A DNA stretch of 64,000 bases. It comes from Patescibacteria group bacterium. GTDB taxonomy: Bacteria; Patescibacteriota; Patescibacteriia; Patescibacteriales; JAQTRU01. The notes under the pieces were generated by a model. It was not told where the DNA came from and made no database searches. It was given only the letters and a program-made list of their open reading frames with translations. Each line of letters begins with the position of its first letter. Position 1 is the first letter of the stretch. The translations under genes and the position numbers were made by a program. The stretch covers positions 3,686 through 67,685 of the forward strand of contig JAQUPG010000006.1 in assembly GCA_028716725.1 (NCBI GenBank), in the 5' to 3' direction. Positions 60,944-64,000 of the stretch are shown here, one piece after another.

Positions 60944-61957
60944 TTAAAACGTTCTTCTCACTTTCCTGACCATCTTATAAACGCTGTACCAGCCGGAATC
61001 AAAGATTAAATCAAAAGTCCCGGGATAATTTATTTCTCTTCCCGAAAAGCCATTTTTAAATCTCGTTACCCCCGGCCATTTCTTTTCATCAATCCCGAAA
61101 AAATCATAATACTTATTGCCCTCTTTTTTTGCCAGTTTTATAATCTCCCATTGCAATAAGTAGGGCGCCATAACATTTCGGTCTTTATCGGACGAAGCGC
61201 CATGCATGTAAGTGGCTGTATCGCCGAAAAAAGAAACAATGGCGGTCGCGATATGCTTCCCGCAGTAATCGGCGAAAAATAATTTAATAAAATCTTTGCC
61301 CAGCTTCAGCATTTCCTTATAATAATCTATGCCATGCGACCGGAAATCGTCGCGGTCGCTCGTTTGGTTCATCAGCTCCCAGAACTTATCAAAATCTTCT
61401 AGTCCGGCCTCTATAATTTTTATTCCTTTCTTTTCCGCCAGCCGGATATTATACCTGGTCTTGGGATGCATCTTTTCCAGCAATTCGTTTTCGGATTTTG
61501 CCAGATCAAGCACTAAAGTTTTACTCGGCTGGACGTCCAGGGTTTTTTCTATCTGCCAGTTTCCTAAATTCAACTCTTTATCCGGCTCAAACCGCAAAAA
61601 CATCGCCCCCTCTTTCCTGGCCAGTTCCCTAATTTCATAAAACAACAATTCAGCAACTTGTTTGGAATTTTGGATTTGGTTATTTGAATTTGTTTGGAAT
61701 TTGGAATTTTGGATTTGGAATTTGCCCACGGGGCCGCGTGGGCAATAAAAATAATTCTTGCCCATAGGCAGAACTTTTTTTACGATCGTGGCCGCGGCTA
61801 TTAATTTTCCCCCTTCTTCCGCCCCCAAGCGAAAAACTTTGCCCGCTACTTTTTCCTGAAACTGGCCCCAGAGGAAGGACTGCAAAAACTGGCCGTGTTC
61901 CTGCCCGGTTAAAAAATCATTAAGCTTATTTTCTTCTTTTAGTTCAACTATTTCCAT
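60944..61957 (-). CDS. FemAB-family peptidoglycan interpeptide-bridge aminoacyltransferase
   Basis: FLQSFLWGQFQ, YCPRGPV and YDFFGI motifs with the typical two-GNAT-lobe length; 337 aa. Confidence 0.75.
   Translation of the reverse strand: MEIVELKEENKLNDFLTGQEHGQFLQSFLWGQFQEKVAGKVFRLGAEEGGKLIAAATIVKKVLPMGKNYFYCPRGPVGKFQIQNSKFQTNSNNQIQNSKQVAELLFYEIRELARKEGAMFLRFEPDKELNLGNWQIEKTLDVQPSKTLVLDLAKSENELLEKMHPKTRYNIRLAEKKGIKIIEAGLEDFDKFWELMNQTSDRDDFRSHGIDYYKEMLKLGKDFIKLFFADYCGKHIATAIVSFFGDTATYMHGASSDKDRNVMAPYLLQWEIIKLAKKEGNKYYDFFGIDEKKWPGVTRFKNGFSGREINYPGTFDLIFDSGWYSVYKMVRKVRRTF
61661..61724. repeat. TTGGAAT/TTGGATT word array inside the femAB-like gene
   Basis: tttggaattttggatttggttatttgaatttgtttggaatttggaattttggatttggaatttg, encoding KFQIQNSKFQTNSNNQIQNSK. 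Confidence 0.85.
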
Positions 61958-62021
61958 ATTTGTTATTATAACACATCGGATAAAAAGAAAAGAGAGCGGC
62001 TAATCCACCCCTTTCAAATTG

Positions 62022-62164
62022 CCCCCTTTCGTTAAAGGGGGTTAGGGGGATTTTTCTCCCCCTTGCTAAGGGGGAGGTAGGAGGGGGTAGGATGATTAGA
62101 GAAAAGAACAAAAAGAAGAACTCAACTCACCTCACCCCAACCCTCTCCTTAGCAAGGAGAGGGG
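62022..62164. repeat. cluster of three family A hairpin elements
   Basis: (1) cccccttt-cgtt-aaaggggg plus ttagggggattttt. (2) ctccccctt-gct-aagggggag plus gtaggagggggtagg. (3) In the opposite orientation, cctcaccccaa plus ccctctcctt-agc-aaggagaggg. Confidence 0.85.
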
Positions 62165-62230
62165 GAATAAAAAGAAAAGGAAGTGGAAAAACCACCCCCT
62201 AATTCATGCTTAATACTTCAGGCTTTATGC

Positions 62231-63130
62231 TTAATTCTTTTTCATCTTCTCCCAAACCACTAAGACCGGCGAAGCCACGAAGATTGAACTGTAGGTACCG
62301 ACAAAAACGCCGATCGACAAAGCCAGGACGAAATCATGGATCGTGCTTCCGCCCCAGAAAAGAATAGCGAATAAAACCAATAAAACCGTCAGGGAAGTAT
62401 TTACGGAACGGGCCATGGTCTGGTTGACACTGGTATTAACCGTGCCCTCGAAATCCTCTTCGCTTCTCGGCAAATTTTCCCTGATCCGGTCAAAAACTAC
62501 GATCGTGTCGTTTATGCTGTAGCCGAGCAGGGTTAAAAGTGCAGCGACAAAAGGCGTATTGATTTCCGTGCCGTAATAATGCCCTAAAACCGCGAAAACC
62601 CCCAGGGTAATTAAAACGTCATGGGCCAGGGCGATAATCGCCGCCAGGCCGTATTTCCAGGAAGCTACCGGTTTTGATATTTTTCGGAAAGCAAAAGCGA
62701 TATAGGCGATAATTATAATCAGGACGATAATAATAGCGTTAAAAGATTTGCTTTTTAATTCTTTGCCGACTGAAGGCCCGATTGAATCAAAACGCAATTC
62801 TTCGACCGTGTCTCCCTTCCCGGCGGCAAACTCGTTTAACTTTGAGAGAAGGGCCTGATGAGTTTCTTCAGAGTTCTCCTGGAACCGCAAAATAAAGATG
62901 CCGCCTTCCATCGGCTGGACGGTCAGGCTGCTTAAGCCGGTATCTTTCAAGGTCTCCTGAATTTCGGTGACAGCCGGCTGGTTATTGGAAAATTTAACTT
63001 CCAATAAGCTGCCGCCGGTAAAATCTATGCCAAATCTTAAGCCCCAGACAAACAGGGAAATAATCGCCATAGCGACCAGAGTTCCGGAAATGGACAGCCA
63101 GATTTTCCTTTTTTGGATAATTTTATACAT
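62231..63130 (-). CDS. secF: protein translocase subunit SecF
   Basis: GIDFTGGS, IGPSVG, YSINDTIVVFDRIRE; 299 aa. Confidence 0.9.
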   Translation of the reverse strand: MYKIIQKRKIWLSISGTLVAMAIISLFVWGLRFGIDFTGGSLLEVKFSNNQPAVTEIQETLKDTGLSSLTVQPMEGGIFILRFQENSEETHQALLSKLNEFAAGKGDTVEELRFDSIGPSVGKELKSKSFNAIIIVLIIIIAYIAFAFRKISKPVASWKYGLAAIIALAHDVLITLGVFAVLGHYYGTEINTPFVAALLTLLGYSINDTIVVFDRIRENLPRSEEDFEGTVNTSVNQTMARSVNTSLTVLLVLFAILFWGGSTIHDFVLALSIGVFVGTYSSIFVASPVLVVWEKMKKN

Positions 63131-63135
63131 AATAT

Positions 63136-64000
63136 TTATTTTATTTTTTCCTTATTGGCTTTAGCCCCCACCAGCCAGCTTCTCTTTTCCAGCCGCGGGC
63201 CGTTAACTAAAAGGAATAAATTTCTGGTCACGACAATCGCGGAAAACATGGAGACAACCACGCCGATAAACAAAGTTGTGCCGAATCCCTGGATTGTCCC
63301 CGTGCCGAAAGTCATTAAAATAAGGCAGACAAAAATCGTGGTTATGTTGCCGTCGCGGATCGAGGGCCAGGCCCGCCTGAATCCATCTTCAATCGCCATG
63401 GTCAAAGGGCGCCCGTTTCTTATTTCTTCTCTTATCCTTTCAAAAATCAGAATGTTAGCGTCAACCGCCATGCCGATGGACAGGATAAAGCCGGCGAAAC
63501 CGGCCAAGGTCAGGGTAACGGAATTGTAAGCGAAAGAAAACATCAATATGCCTATTAAAACGATCATGGCCGCCATGCCGGCGCCAAACATTCTTAATTC
63601 ATTAAACGTTATAATCGACAAGCTGCACATTAAAATAATTAAAATCAGCGAAAACCAAATCGGCATTGATTTAAAGAAAGCCAAAACCGACAAGCCATAA
63701 ACCACTAAAGACAGAACGGACAAAAGGCCGGGAACCCGGTAATAAAGAATCATAAAAATCGCCACGAAAATTAAGCCGATAATCCCGGCTTTTAAGCTGT
63801 TGGCGATTGACTGCTGCCCCAAACTGGCTCCCACCGTATTCTGGCTGGCTAAAGTTATCGGAACTGGCAGGGCACCGGCGTTCAATCTTTGCGCCAGTAA
63901 CTTCGCCTCTTTTATATTAAAATTGCCGGTAATGACCGCCTTGCCTCCGGTAATTTTTTCATTAACGGTCGGAGTGCTGATGGGATAATTGTCTAAAAAA
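63136..64000 (-). CDS. secD: protein translocase subunit SecD, C-terminal part (gene continues past window end)
   Basis: GALPVPI..VGASLG, LAGFAGFILSIGMAVDANILIFERIRE. The track start at 63885 is an internal TTG. I translated 63886-64000 by hand and the frame stays open (..ISTPTVNEKITGGKAVITGNFNIKEAKLLAQRL). Confidence 0.9.
   Translation of the reverse strand, partial: FLDNYPISTPTVNEKITGGKAVITGNFNIKEAKLLAQRLNAGALPVPITLASQNTVGASLGQQSIANSLKAGIIGLIFVAIFMILYYRVPGLLSVLSLVVYGLSVLAFFKSMPIWFSLILIILMCSLSIITFNELRMFGAGMAAMIVLIGILMFSFAYNSVTLTLAGFAGFILSIGMAVDANILIFERIREEIRNGRPLTMAIEDGFRRAWPSIRDGNITTIFVCLILMTFGTGTIQGFGTTLFIGVVVSMFSAIVVTRNLFLLVNGPRLEKRSWLVGAKANKEKIK

Noticed and set aside
1-64000. Alternative genetic code (UGA recoding, as in some CPR lineages).
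   Set aside because: Standard-code translation gives full-length RpoB, RpoC, LeuRS, LepA and RecJ without interruptions. TGA closes several ORFs at sensible positions.

Overview
This 64 kb fragment reads like a small-genome, moderately AT-rich bacterium of the Patescibacteria/CPR type. That placement is an inference from gene content: fermentative PFOR plus ADP-forming acetyl-CoA synthetase, MurE/MurJ/FemAB wall genes, a giant cysteine-rich surface protein, VirB6- and VirB2-like genes and many tiny IVS-type genes. The standard genetic code is used. There are about 60 genes, mostly on the minus strand. Core genes: rpoB-rpoC, leuS, lepA, recJ, RNase HI, rsmA, rtcB, xth, secD/secF and tRNA-Val(CAC). 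Accessory highlights: (1) Minus-strand block 129-13457 carries a TSP3-repeat membrane protein, a 2878-aa multi-domain cysteine-rich surface protein, a disordered membrane protein and a TrbL/VirB6-like polytopic protein. (2) The four-subunit PFOR operon (porG-porD-porA ... porB) is split by a 2.8 kb cassette. The cassette encodes two paralogous pilin-domain proteins that share one VirB2-like hairpin module but have unrelated cysteine-rich C-terminal cargo, one with a LAS zinc-peptidase signature, plus a DUF4258-like/DUF2283 pair. (3) Five short GC-elevated single-gene islets, including a lone dapB, each have a canonical Shine-Dalgarno site and a hairpin terminator, whereas native genes have essentially no SD. 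(4) Dense families of short palindromes and heptamer arrays fill spacers, bracket small IVS-type genes as terminal inverted repeats, and sit in frame inside leuS, lepA, recJ, rsmA, porA and a femAB-like gene. All functional calls rest on motifs read by eye and on recollection of families; no searches were run. Several ORF-track starts were trimmed where the N-terminus is encoded by repeat DNA.
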